64,000 nt of DNA, from assembly GCA_947490345.1 (NCBI GenBank), contig CANLGL010000014.1, positions 29,208 through 93,207 on the forward strand. Direction: 5' to 3'. Position 1 is the stretch's first letter, and the number at the start of each line of letters is the position of its first letter. A program made the translations under genes and the position numbers. This document shows, in pieces, positions 17,331 through 26,780 of this stretch. The notes beneath the pieces were generated by a model. It worked only from the letters and a program-made list of their open reading frames with translations. It did not search any database and had not been told where the DNA came from. Origin of the DNA: Deltaproteobacteria bacterium (lineage in GTDB: Bacteria; Myxococcota_A; UBA796; SXON01).

Positions 17331-18434
17331 ATGGCAAGCAAACAGACGGACATGGACGCGCTCGCGGACGCATTCGCGGGAGTTCAGCGCCTCGGACAGC
17401 CTGCTGCGCGTGGTACTCCGATGCGGGCCACGCCTGCGGGGGCAACCCCCAGTCGCAGCGCCGGCGCGGCACAGCCCGGGCCTCCCTCGCGTTCGGCGGA
17501 GGTCGAGCAACGCCCGGCGGCGGCGCCTGCCAGCCTCGACGACGACGCCGCGTTGCGTGAAGCGCTCCGCGGCGTGCGGCGGCTCGACCCGCAGTCGTCG
17601 GCGGCGGCTTCGCGTTCCCAGGCCGCGCCGGTCCCCGCCTCGCTGACCCCGCCGTCCAGCGAGTTGTTGCGCCATCTGGAGCGGCAGAACGAGGTCTTGA
17701 CGACGCGCGTCGTCGGGCTTGAACGTGAGCGGGACGAGGCTCGGCTGTCGGCGCTCTCGGCGACCGCTGACGCAGCGGCTGCCGCCGTGCGCCTCGAGGA
17801 GGTCTCCGCGCGGCTCCGCGAGCTCGAAGCCGAGGGTCGCACCCTCCGTGACCGCGCCAACGAGCGCGCCACCGGCGAGCTGCGCACCCTCCTGGTCGAG
17901 CGCGGCCTCCGCAGCGAAGCCGAGATGGCCGCGGCGCTCGGGGCGCTCCTCGACGGCGGGCGGTTCCTGCCGCTGCTTGGCGGGCTGGTCGTGGCGCGCC
18001 GTGCCGAGATGATCGCGTTCTTGGAGGAGCGGCTCATCCTGCTTGCGGAAGGGGAGGAGGCGCCCGCAGGGCGCGTGGCGGTGCGGGTGCCGAGCGAGCG
18101 GAGCGAAGCGCGCGAGGACGGTGCGCTCCGTACAGCGCTCGCCGCGTTTTCGACGGCTTGCCTGGTCGCCGGGAAGCGCCGGGTGGTCTTCGTGGGCGGC
18201 TCGCCAGCCTACCGGAAGCAACTGCGCGAGGGCCTGGACCGCCGCCTCGATCTGCGCTTCGTCGAAGGCGACCAGGTCCGCATCCCCCGCGTCGACGCCG
18301 ATCTGGTCATCGTCTGGGGGGCCACCGAGCTCGATCACCGCGTCAGCGCCCACTTCCCGGGAGCGCTGCTGGTCCCCCACCGCGGCATCGTTGGGATGCT
18401 CACGATGGCGGCGGAGCGGATGTCAGGGGGCTGA
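17331..18434 (+). CDS. hypothetical coiled-coil protein with DUF2325-like C-terminal domain
   Basis: ATG 17331 preceded by GAGGTAGGGAGAG. The central region is heptad-like (LERERDEARLSALSATADAAAAAVRLEEVSARLRELEAEGRTLRDRA). The C-terminus RRVVFVGGSPAYRKQLREGL..LRFVEGD...DADLVIVWGATELDHRVS resembles DUF2325 from memory. The upstream 104 codons of ORF 17019 overlap the TPR gene. Confidence 0.6.
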   Translation: MASKQTDMDALADAFAGVQRLGQPAARGTPMRATPAGATPSRSAGAAQPGPPSRSAEVEQRPAAAPASLDDDAALREALRGVRRLDPQSSAAASRSQAAPVPASLTPPSSELLRHLERQNEVLTTRVVGLERERDEARLSALSATADAAAAAVRLEEVSARLRELEAEGRTLRDRANERATGELRTLLVERGLRSEAEMAAALGALLDGGRFLPLLGGLVVARRAEMIAFLEERLILLAEGEEAPAGRVAVRVPSERSEAREDGALRTALAAFSTACLVAGKRRVVFVGGSPAYRKQLREGLDRRLDLRFVEGDQVRIPRVDADLVIVWGATELDHRVSAHFPGALLVPHRGIVGMLTMAAERMSGG

Positions 18435-18442
18435 CGACGGCG

Positions 18443-19063
18443 CTAGGCCCCCAAACACTCCACGACCGCGCCGGACTCTGCCAAGAGCACCCGCGTCTCC
18501 GTCGCGTAGGCCGGAGCGAATCGGAGCGCGTCGTCTGGAGGTAGACCCAGCCATGCACACAAGAGCGCGCGGATCGGGCCGATGTGGGTGGTGACGACGA
18601 CGCGGCCGGTCTCGACCCCTAGCGCCAACCACGCCATCCGCACGCGCTCAGCCGCTTCGGCCCACGCCTCGCCGCCCGTCGGTCGGGCATGCACGTAGTC
18701 GGCCCAGTAGGCGGTCACCGCCGCGCCATCGGCCTCGGTGAGCGATTCCCACGTGCGCCCCTCCCACGCGCCCATGTCTTGTTCGCGGAGGCCGGGCGCA
18801 AGCTCGACGGGGGCGCCGAAGCAGGAGGCGAAGTCGCGGCAGCGGCGCAGATCGGAGCTGATGACGCGATCGGGGCGGCCGTACCTGGCCAGGAATCGCG
18901 CGGCGGCGGCTTCGGACTGCTCGCGCCCCCGTGCGCTGAGCGCCACGTCGAGCTGCCCCCGACAAACCCGCGCGCTCCCAGTCTCGACCTCACCATGCCG
19001 GAACAGGTGCACCGTCGCGACAACGGAGGAGGGGATGATGCGCTGGGTGGCGTCGTCGAACAC
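18443..19063 (-). CDS. histidine phosphatase (phosphoglycerate mutase) family protein
   Basis: VHLFRHGEVE (RHG catalytic motif), SSDLRRC, VVVTTHIGPIRALL (second His). I chose GTG 19063 as start; GTG 19011 is possible. The Arg/Pro-rich upstream part of ORF 18443..19291 overlaps coaX. Confidence 0.8.
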   Translation of the reverse strand: MFDDATQRIIPSSVVATVHLFRHGEVETGSARVCRGQLDVALSARGREQSEAAAARFLARYGRPDRVISSDLRRCRDFASCFGAPVELAPGLREQDMGAWEGRTWESLTEADGAAVTAYWADYVHARPTGGEAWAEAAERVRMAWLALGVETGRVVVTTHIGPIRALLCAWLGLPPDDALRFAPAYATETRVLLAESGAVVECLGA

Positions 19064-19098
19064 CGGCGAGTCGTATCCCGGGCGATACACTGCGGACG

Positions 19099-19839
19099 AT
19101 GCTCCTGACCGTCGACGTCGGCAACACCAAGACCGAGCTGGGGCTCTGGCGAGGCGACGTCTTGTACAGGAGGGTTCGGGCGCCAACCCACGACGAGCGC
19201 GACTGGGCTGCCTGGGTGATCGGCGCGCTCGACGGTGAGGGTCCGGCGGACGCCTTGATGCTGGGCGCGGTAGTCCCGGCGGCCATCCCACGTTGGGCGC
19301 AGGTCGCCACCGCCCTCGGCGTACCCTTCCGCAACATCGACGGGAACAACGTTCCAGGGCTCCCCGTTCGCCTCCGGGACCGCGGGGCGATCGGCGCGGA
19401 TCGGGTGCTCAACGCCCTGGGTGCGCTGTGCCTGGGCCCGGCGCCCTGCATCGTGGTGGACCTCGGGACGGCGACGACGTTCGACGTGGTCGATGCCAGC
19501 GGGGCCTTCTGTGGCGGCGCCATCGCGCCGGGGGCGGGGACGGCCCTGGACGCGTTGGTCGCGATGACGGCGCGGCTCCCGAAGGTACCGCTCAAGGCGC
19601 CGCTCGCCGCGATCGGCACGGACACCATCTCGGCGATGCAGTCCGGCGCGGTGTTCGGGTACGCCGGCCTCATCGGGGGCCTCTTGGCTCGCATCAGGGC
19701 CGAGCTGGACGCGCCCGCATGGGTGGTGGCCACGGGCGGTCTCGCGCCGCTTTTGGCCCCGCTCTGCTCCGGGGTCGATAGAGTGGAGCCTGCGTTGACG
19801 CTGCGTGGCCTCCGCCGCGCCTGGGAGCTAGGGGAATGA
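19099..19839 (+). CDS. coaX: type III pantothenate kinase
   Basis: MLLTVDVGNTKTELGLW, IGADRVLNALGA, VVDLGTATTFDVV and GTDTISAMQSGAVFGYAGLIGG are CoaX signature blocks. Confidence 0.9.
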   Translation: MLLTVDVGNTKTELGLWRGDVLYRRVRAPTHDERDWAAWVIGALDGEGPADALMLGAVVPAAIPRWAQVATALGVPFRNIDGNNVPGLPVRLRDRGAIGADRVLNALGALCLGPAPCIVVDLGTATTFDVVDASGAFCGGAIAPGAGTALDALVAMTARLPKVPLKAPLAAIGTDTISAMQSGAVFGYAGLIGGLLARIRAELDAPAWVVATGGLAPLLAPLCSGVDRVEPALTLRGLRRAWELGE

Positions 19840-21065
19840 GCGATATTCCGTGGGACAAGTTGGGTATTCCTCCGAACCTCCGCGAGCAGGTGGCCGTGGG
19901 TGCGTCGATGGTCACGCGGATGGCGGGTGCGCGCGGCATGTTGCCCGCCGGCTGGGACGTGCAGTTGGCGATTCTGTATGTGAGCGCGGCGACGGGCGAC
20001 ACGTCGATCCGTGACACGGCGGTGGCCACGCTCCGGTCGTTGCCGGATGTGCCTGCAGGTATCAACTTCCGCACCCACACCAAGGTCTTGGAGTTCATCG
20101 CCGAGTTCCGCCCCGACGCTGAGCTGGACGGTTTGCTCGCCCACCACCGGAATCTCAACGACCGCACCGCGGTGATGTTGGCCGGGCGCGCGGGCCGCAT
20201 CCTCGCCGAGGCGATGTGCGACGACCATGAGCGCCTGCTCATCACCCCGACCGTCCTCGTTGCGCTCCACGGGAATCCAAACACAGGTATTGCGCCGCTG
20301 GAACGGGCGATATCGTTCTTGCGCATGGAGCGTGCGCTGCCCGAGCTGCCGGCGGTCCGGGGTCAGGGCATGCCCGCGGAGGCCGCCGCGGCCCCCGAAC
20401 CGCCGCCGCCCCCGGCCGCGTTCGACCTGGACGCGGAGATCGAGGCGGCTCTGGCCGGGAAGGCCTCGCCGGTGCTCAGCGCCCGGCAAACGCTCCGAGC
20501 GTTCAGTTCCGCGCCCGCGCCGGCCCGTCGCACTGGACAGGTCTTCCAATTCAACTTCGCCACTGACGATGACTTCGGCATGGATCTACTCGATGAGGGC
20601 TCATCGGATGCGCCACCGGAGATGCGCGTCAGCATCGAGAAGAAGATCTCGTTGATGCCGCCAGGCAAGAAGATCAAGTTGGCCTACCTCGGCAACAAGG
20701 AGACCCGTGGCATTCTCATCCGGGACCGTAACAAACAGGTGGCGCTCGCGGTGGTCAAGTCGGGCCGGCTCACCGAGAACGAAGCCCTGAACGCCGCTGG
20801 CAATCGAAACCTGGCCATGGACGTACTCCGCGAGATCGCCGGCAATCGTGAGTTCATGCGTAAGTACCCGGTGAAGGTGGCGCTGGTGAACAACCCACGC
20901 ACGCCGCCGAGCATTGCGGTGCCCCTGGTGTCCCAGCTCCAGAAACGTGACCTCGAAAATCTGGCCCGGAATCGAAACGTCTCCAGCGTGCTGTTCACGA
21001 TGGCCGAGAAGCTGATGCGCCAGAAAGCACAGAACAAGGGTGGGGAGGGGGGGCCGGAGAAGTAG
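19836..21065 (+). CDS. hypothetical helical-repeat protein (LRV/HEAT-like, NP-x-TP turns)
   Basis: ATGA overlap with coaX. Coding-like composition, with repeats containing HGNPNTG and VNNPRTPPSIAVPLV and a central Pro/Ala linker. No function recognised. Confidence 0.6.
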   Translation: MSDIPWDKLGIPPNLREQVAVGASMVTRMAGARGMLPAGWDVQLAILYVSAATGDTSIRDTAVATLRSLPDVPAGINFRTHTKVLEFIAEFRPDAELDGLLAHHRNLNDRTAVMLAGRAGRILAEAMCDDHERLLITPTVLVALHGNPNTGIAPLERAISFLRMERALPELPAVRGQGMPAEAAAAPEPPPPPAAFDLDAEIEAALAGKASPVLSARQTLRAFSSAPAPARRTGQVFQFNFATDDDFGMDLLDEGSSDAPPEMRVSIEKKISLMPPGKKIKLAYLGNKETRGILIRDRNKQVALAVVKSGRLTENEALNAAGNRNLAMDVLREIAGNREFMRKYPVKVALVNNPRTPPSIAVPLVSQLQKRDLENLARNRNVSSVLFTMAEKLMRQKAQNKGGEGGPEK

Positions 21066-21067
21066 GG

Positions 21068-22006
21068 CTACCCCGCCGCCGCCAGCACAAAGGGGAGCGC
21101 CGCCTGCGACAACGCCAGGCTGGCCGTGCGTGGCACCCCCCCCGCGAAGTTCGGCACCCCGATGTGGACGATGCCGTCCACCACGACGGCCGGGGCAGCC
21201 AGCGTCGTCACCGGCGTGCTCTCGAAGGCGCCGCCGTCGGTGATGGAAAGGTCGACGACCACGGCGCCGGGCTGCATCAGGCAGAGGTGGGCGCGGGTGG
21301 CGAGCCGGGGCGCCTGACCGGCTTCGTCGCGGACCGCCGCGATGACGACGTCGGCGTGAACCAGCGCGCGCTCGATGTGGTGGGCGGTCGCCCAGAGCGT
21401 GCGCACGCCGAGGCCACGGAGTCGCTCCACGTCGGTGTCGAGCACCTCCACGTCGGCGCCGACCGCCGCCGCGAGCCGCGCCGCGGCCCGCCCAGCGACC
21501 CCCGCGCCGAGCACCACCACCCGTGCCGGGGCCACGCCCGCGACGCCGCCGAGGAGGATGCCGCGCCCGCCGCTTGGCGCTGCGAGCGCGACGGTAGCGG
21601 CGTCGACAGCGAGCCGCCCCGCGATTTCGGACATCGCCGCGAGGACCGGCACGTGCCCCGTGGCGCTCTGCGCACGCTCCAAGGCCAGAACTGAGTAGCC
21701 CTCGGGCACCGGACCCGCGTGGAACGAAGCGGCCACCCGCTGTTCCTGCCGCAGGAGCCTCGCTTCGTGTGCCGAAGGGCGCAGGACCTTCCAGATGAGC
21801 TGTGCGTGGTCGAAGCACTCCTCCGCGGTCGGCGCGATCTGCCCCCCGGCGCGGATGTACTCGTCGTCTGAGAACCCGCTGGCGGCGCCCGCACCCTGCT
21901 CGATCCAGGCTTCGTGCCCCGCCTGGACCAGGGCGCGGACGGCGGACGGCGACGCGGCTACGCGGCCTTCGCCGGCAAAGGTCTCGCGCGGGATGGCGAT
22001 GCGCAT
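21068..22006 (-). CDS. alanine dehydrogenase / PNT family protein (short form)
   Basis: MRIAIPRETFAGEGRVAASPSAVRALVQAGHEAWIEQGAG.. and VVVLGAGVAGRAAARLAAAVGADVEVLD (NAD fold) match the AlaDH/transhydrogenase-alpha family. Confidence 0.8.
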   Translation of the reverse strand: MRIAIPRETFAGEGRVAASPSAVRALVQAGHEAWIEQGAGAASGFSDDEYIRAGGQIAPTAEECFDHAQLIWKVLRPSAHEARLLRQEQRVAASFHAGPVPEGYSVLALERAQSATGHVPVLAAMSEIAGRLAVDAATVALAAPSGGRGILLGGVAGVAPARVVVLGAGVAGRAAARLAAAVGADVEVLDTDVERLRGLGVRTLWATAHHIERALVHADVVIAAVRDEAGQAPRLATRAHLCLMQPGAVVVDLSITDGGAFESTPVTTLAAPAVVVDGIVHIGVPNFAGGVPRTASLALSQAALPFVLAAAG

Positions 22007-22048
22007 GCGCGGGTCTATCCCGGCGCGACGATCGCTCGGGCTGCCGCA

Positions 22049-22077
22049 TTGCTACGCGCGTCCCGCAGCAGTATGTT
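22049..22077 (+). promoter_or_regulatory. candidate sigma-70-type promoter for the TetR gene
   Basis: TTGCTA (22049-22054), a 17-nt spacer, then TATGTT (22072-22077). The ATG lies 13 nt downstream, which implies a very short leader. Pattern match only. Confidence 0.3.
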
Positions 22078-22089
22078 AGCGATGACAAC

Positions 22090-22689
22090 ATGATTCTCCC
22101 GAAGCCCACCGCCCTCCTCCCCAAGCCCGCCCCCGACGCCGCCCCCGCGGACCGGTGGACCCGAAAGCGTCGTTACCACCACGGCAACCTCGAGCCATCG
22201 GCGCTGGCGCGCGGGCGGCAGATCGTCACCCTCGACGGGCCCTGCGCGCTCTCCCTCCGGGGGCTCGCCCGGGACCTCGGCGTCACCGCCGCCGCCCTGG
22301 TCCGACTGTTCGGCAACCTCGCCGGCCTTCGCGCCGCGGTAGCGGGGTCCGTCCTTGAAAAGCTGCGGGACGAAACGCAGGTGGCGCGCCGGCACAAACT
22401 CCCCTTGGCCGACTCCGCCGGCCGATGGGTCGCGTTCGCTGCCGCAAACGCCAACCTCTACCGGCTGCTCTCAGGCGAGGGCTGGCACGCCCCCCGCACC
22501 GGACTCCGGGGCTTCCACGGGATGCTCGCCGTGGCTTCCCCGCGCCGCACCCTGGAGGGGGCCATCGGGATGCGCACCGCGCGGGCCAGCTACCTGGCCT
22601 CCACAATCCACGGCCTGGCCCTCGCCCGAATTGACGGCGCCGAGGCCGCCGCCGTCAATCAGGCGCTCGCTCGCGCGTTCCGCACATAG
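22090..22689 (+). CDS. TetR/AcrR family transcriptional regulator
   Basis: ATG 22090 inside ORF 21802..22689. RYHHGNLEPSALARGRQIVTLDGPCALSLRGLARDLGVTAAALVRLF is a TetR N-terminal HTH. Confidence 0.8.
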   Translation: MILPKPTALLPKPAPDAAPADRWTRKRRYHHGNLEPSALARGRQIVTLDGPCALSLRGLARDLGVTAAALVRLFGNLAGLRAAVAGSVLEKLRDETQVARRHKLPLADSAGRWVAFAAANANLYRLLSGEGWHAPRTGLRGFHGMLAVASPRRTLEGAIGMRTARASYLASTIHGLALARIDGAEAAAVNQALARAFRT

Positions 22690-22706
22690 GCTCGCAAGGT
22701 ACGGGT

Positions 22707-23747
22707 GTGATATCGGCCGGGGTCGGAGACGGTTTGGAACCCGAAGGTGTGGACCCCGAACGTGGGCCGGAGATCAGCCGGCAGATCGAGCTCGCGGACG
22801 CCGAGGCGGCGCGAGAGCTGGTTGGCGAGCTCGGCCGGCACCTCGCCATCATCGCGCGTGGCACGGGCGCCAGGCTCTCTCAGCGCGGCAGCACCGTACG
22901 AATCGTCGGTACACAAAGGTCAGTGGGTCACGCTGAGGCGGTCCTGACGCAGCTGTACGCAGTGGCGGGGACAGGAGCGCGCTTGGGGCCCGTGGATGTG
23001 GAGCAGGCCTGTCGGCTGCTGCTCGCCGATCCCGAGGGTCGGCTCCTCGAGTACCACGCCGAGGTCGTGCTCACCGGAACGAAAAAAAAGGCGATCTTCC
23101 CGCGTACTCCCACCCAGCGGGCCTACCTGCATGCCTTCGCCCAACACGACATTGTCTTCGGGCTCGGTCCCGCTGGCACCGGCAAGACCTACCTGGCGAT
23201 GGCGGTGGGCGTCTCGTTGTTGTTGAAGGAGCGCGTCAAGCGCATCGTGCTTTGCCGCCCGGCGGTGGAAGCGGGCGAAAAGCTTGGCTTTCTCCCTGGT
23301 GATCTGGCCGAGAAGGTAAACCCTTATCTGCGCCCGCTCTACGACGCGCTTCACGACATGGTGGACGAGGAGCGCGTGCAGCGGCTCATCGAGCGCGGGG
23401 TGGTGGAGGTGGCGCCGTTGGCGTTCATGCGCGGCCGCACGCTCAACGACGCGTTCATCATCCTTGATGAAGCCCAGAATACGACCGAAGAGCAGATGAA
23501 GATGTTCCTGACGCGGATGGGCAACGAGTCGCGGGTCGCGGTGACGGGTGATCTCTCCCAGGTCGACCTGCCGCGTGGGACTCGTTCGGGTCTTGCCCAG
23601 GCGTCCCGGATTCTGGACGGGGTAGACGGCATCGCGATGGTGCGCTTCAACGACCAGGACATCGTGCGGCACCGACTCGTAGGCGAGATCGTGCGGGCGT
23701 ACGACCGGGATGGAGCTTCGCGCGGCGGGCGTGATGACCGTGCGTGA
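22707..23747 (+). CDS. phoH: PhoH-like ATPase
   Basis: PRTPTQRAYLHAFAQHDIVFGLGPAGTGKTYLAMAVG (Walker A), FIILDEAQN (Walker B), VTGDLSQVDLP. Confidence 0.92.
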   Translation: MISAGVGDGLEPEGVDPERGPEISRQIELADAEAARELVGELGRHLAIIARGTGARLSQRGSTVRIVGTQRSVGHAEAVLTQLYAVAGTGARLGPVDVEQACRLLLADPEGRLLEYHAEVVLTGTKKKAIFPRTPTQRAYLHAFAQHDIVFGLGPAGTGKTYLAMAVGVSLLLKERVKRIVLCRPAVEAGEKLGFLPGDLAEKVNPYLRPLYDALHDMVDEERVQRLIERGVVEVAPLAFMRGRTLNDAFIILDEAQNTTEEQMKMFLTRMGNESRVAVTGDLSQVDLPRGTRSGLAQASRILDGVDGIAMVRFNDQDIVRHRLVGEIVRAYDRDGASRGGRDDRA

Positions 23748-26160
23748 ATGGCTGGCGAGCCGCCTCGGGGTTGACTCCCGGGCCCGACGCGTCCTGGGCA
23801 TGGTCGCCTTCTGTCTGGTCGCCGCCGCGCTGTTGACCGAGCCCCGCGCCGACGTTGGCGCCTCGTACGCCGAGGGCTCCGTCGCTCCCGACGACCTCCT
23901 CGCTCCGTTCGCGTTCCCGTTCGTCGATGAGCCGGCCACCGAGGAGCGTCGTGTTGCGGCGGCGGCGGCCGTGCCTTTACTCTTTGACGCGGACGCCGAC
24001 ATGCTGCGGCGTCTGCAGAGCCGCGTCACCCAGGCCTTCGACATGGCGCGGCGCCGGGTGGAGGCCGGGCGCCACAGCGGACGTACGGAGCTGGCGGCCT
24101 CCGACCGCAAAGCACTCGTCGCCGATTTCGACGCCGCGCTGGATGTGTCCCTGCCCGACGACGCCATGGCCGCGCTGGTCGCGGACGGGTTCTCTCCGCG
24201 GGCCGAGGTCATCGTCACCGAGCTGGTGGCGGTGGGCATGCGCCGCTACGTCCTGCGCGACCTGTCGGAGCTGCCCCCCGCGGGCACGCCGATCACCGTC
24301 GTCGCCGGGGCCGAGGGTCGTCGCGACGAAAGCCTGCTGCGGGACGTGACCACCGTTCAGTCCCAGGATGACGCGCGGCAGCGGATCTCCCTCCATGTCC
24401 TCGAGCAGTACGGCTCGAGCGACAATCCGGGGCTGGTGCAGGCGTGCGCAACACTGGCGCGGGGCTTGGTGCGCCCGAACATCTCGCTCAACACCATCGT
24501 CACCGAAGAGCGGCGGCACGCGGCCGTTGGTGCGGTGGACCCGGTTCGGGTCGAGGTCCGCCGCGGCGCCCGTGTGGTGCGGCAGGGCGACGTCATCGAT
24601 CGTCGGCAGGCGAGCATGTTGGAGACCCTCGGCCAGGCCGACCACCAGACCAGCGCGGCGTGGCGGTACGTTTTGTGGTTGGGCTTTGTTGCCGTCGTGA
24701 CCGTTGCGACGTTCACCTTTGCCCGGGGCACGGTTCGCAAGTTTGCCCGCAAGCAGGTTGAGCTCGAGGTGATGGGGCTGGTCGGCCTCTTTGTGCTGAC
24801 GATGGCTCGCCTGGCTGTGAGCTCGTCCCAGGCGGGGTGGTTGGCGGGACAGAGCGAGACCAGCGTGCTCGGACTTCTGGTGCCCGTGGCCGGTGGCGCG
24901 ATGTTGGTGAGGATTCTGGTCAACAGCGAAAGCGCGCTGGTCTTCGCGCTGGTGGCGTCGCTGCTGACCGGCGCGATGATGGACCAGTCGTCGCTTTTTT
25001 CGGCCTGGTACATGGTGACGGCGCTCGTGGGGGCGGGCGCGGTCGGTCAGGCGCGCGAGCGGCTCAACGTGCTGCGCGCGGGCCTGCTGTCGGGGCTCGT
25101 CGGGGCCGGGTTGGTGCTGATCGTGAACCTCGTCGGTCGGCAGGGGGGCGAAGCGGGCCTGGAGGCGCTCGGGTGGGAAAGCGCGCTCAGCCAGGTGGTG
25201 GCGGCGTTGGTGGCGGGGCTGCTCAGCGCGATCATCACGCTGGGCTTGGTCCCGGTCATGGAGCTCTTCGGCTTTCTCACCGACTACAAGCTGTCCGAGC
25301 TGGCCAACCTAAACCATCCCCTCTTACGACGGTTGATGTTGCAGGCGCCCGGCACCTACCATCACAGCGTCATCGTCGGGTCGCTGAGCGAGGCGGCGTG
25401 CGAAGCGGTCGGCGCCAACGCGCTTTTGGCGAGGGTGTCCTGCTACTTCCACGACATCGGCAAGGGCGTCAAGCCGCAGTACTTCGTCGAGAATCAGCGG
25501 GATGGCCAGAACCGGCATGACCGCCTGTCGCCTGAGCAGTCAGCGCAGCTCATCATCAATCACGTGCGTGACGGCGGCGTCCTGGCCCGCCAGCACAACC
25601 TGCCGCCGCCCATTTACGACAACATCTTCATGCATCACGGCACGGGCATCATCCCGTACTTCTACAACCGCGCCAAGGAGCAGGCCGGCGGCCAGCCGGT
25701 GGACGAGGCGCTGTTCCGTTATCCAGGGCCGAAGCCCAATACGCGCGAGGCCGGCATCATCATGCTCGCCGACAAGGTCGAGGCTGCCTGCCGCACGATC
25801 AAGGAGCCCTCGGAAGAGCGGATGCGCGCGATGATCCAGGCGATCATCAATCAGGTCATGGCCGACGGCCAACTGGAGGAATGCCCGCTGACCGTGCGTG
25901 AGCTCTACCAGATCGCCAACTCCTTCGTCGCGGTGCTCCTCGGCATCTACCACCACCGCATCGAATACCCCGACACCCGCGCCATCTCCTCCGGTGGCAA
26001 GTTCGCGCCTGTCCCTCGGCAGGGCGCGATCACCCTGGAGATCCAGAACCCCCTGCTGCCACCCCGCCTGGGCGGGCGCGATCCCGACCCGTCCGAGGAC
26101 TACGAGGCCGTCGAGTTGCCGCCGCCCCGGCGCGATCTCCCCGACACTGACGACGCGTAG
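23710..26160 (+). CDS. 7TM receptor with intracellular HD phosphohydrolase domain (PgpH/YqfF-like)
   Basis: An N-terminal extracytoplasmic region, about seven hydrophobic segments (aa ~330-560), then the HD domain HHSVIVGSL...CYFHDIGK...HHGTGIIPYFY. Classic position between phoH and ybeY. ATG 23734 is an alternative start. Confidence 0.88.
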   Translation: MELRAAGVMTVREWLASRLGVDSRARRVLGMVAFCLVAAALLTEPRADVGASYAEGSVAPDDLLAPFAFPFVDEPATEERRVAAAAAVPLLFDADADMLRRLQSRVTQAFDMARRRVEAGRHSGRTELAASDRKALVADFDAALDVSLPDDAMAALVADGFSPRAEVIVTELVAVGMRRYVLRDLSELPPAGTPITVVAGAEGRRDESLLRDVTTVQSQDDARQRISLHVLEQYGSSDNPGLVQACATLARGLVRPNISLNTIVTEERRHAAVGAVDPVRVEVRRGARVVRQGDVIDRRQASMLETLGQADHQTSAAWRYVLWLGFVAVVTVATFTFARGTVRKFARKQVELEVMGLVGLFVLTMARLAVSSSQAGWLAGQSETSVLGLLVPVAGGAMLVRILVNSESALVFALVASLLTGAMMDQSSLFSAWYMVTALVGAGAVGQARERLNVLRAGLLSGLVGAGLVLIVNLVGRQGGEAGLEALGWESALSQVVAALVAGLLSAIITLGLVPVMELFGFLTDYKLSELANLNHPLLRRLMLQAPGTYHHSVIVGSLSEAACEAVGANALLARVSCYFHDIGKGVKPQYFVENQRDGQNRHDRLSPEQSAQLIINHVRDGGVLARQHNLPPPIYDNIFMHHGTGIIPYFYNRAKEQAGGQPVDEALFRYPGPKPNTREAGIIMLADKVEAACRTIKEPSEERMRAMIQAIINQVMADGQLEECPLTVRELYQIANSFVAVLLGIYHHRIEYPDTRAISSGGKFAPVPRQGAITLEIQNPLLPPRLGGRDPDPSEDYEAVELPPPRRDLPDTDDA

Positions 26161-26601
26161 ATGCCGGTCGCCGTCCGCTGTCAGGGCGTTCGCTACGCCA
26201 GCCGCACCCTCCGGACCGACGCTGTGGTGCTGCTCGCAGCGATCGGCCGCCCACGCGCCGAGCTGAGCGTGCTCTTGTGTGACGACGAATTCATCCGCGA
26301 GCTCAACGCCCAATGGCGCCAGAAGGACATCCCCACCGATGTCCTGAGCTTCTCGATGGGTGGCGGGGACCTGCTCGGCGACGTGGTGATCAGCCTCGAC
26401 ACGGCGAAGCGTCAAGCCGGCGGGCGCGGCCACGACCTGCACACTGAACTGAGGGTGCTCCTGGTGCACGGGCTGCTCCACCTTTGCGATCACGATCACG
26501 AGAAAGAGGCGGACAACGCCCGGATGGCAGCGGAGGAGAATCGTCTGTTGACGGCGCTGGGGGTCTCCGGGGTGGGGCTGGTGACGAGGGTGAGCGGGTG
26601 A
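26161..26601 (+). CDS. ybeY: endoribonuclease YbeY
   Basis: TDVLSF...GDVVISLDTA...LLVHGLLHLCDHDHEKE is the H-x-x-x-H-x-x-x-x-x-H zinc motif. Confidence 0.92.
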   Translation: MPVAVRCQGVRYASRTLRTDAVVLLAAIGRPRAELSVLLCDDEFIRELNAQWRQKDIPTDVLSFSMGGGDLLGDVVISLDTAKRQAGGRGHDLHTELRVLLVHGLLHLCDHDHEKEADNARMAAEENRLLTALGVSGVGLVTRVSG

Positions 26602-26780
26602 GGGTGGTCCCCCCTCCCGGTGGCCGGGGGGCGTCGCGAGCCAGGGGCGGGCGGTGGGTGCCGCCGCGGTCGATGCTCCGTTCGGGGGTCTCGTTGGCGT
26701 CCCCGGTCCGCATCTCGTCCCCTGGCGGAGCGGGCGTGCCGGTGAAATGCTACGTCCCCGCCGCATCCCCTCGGTGATTC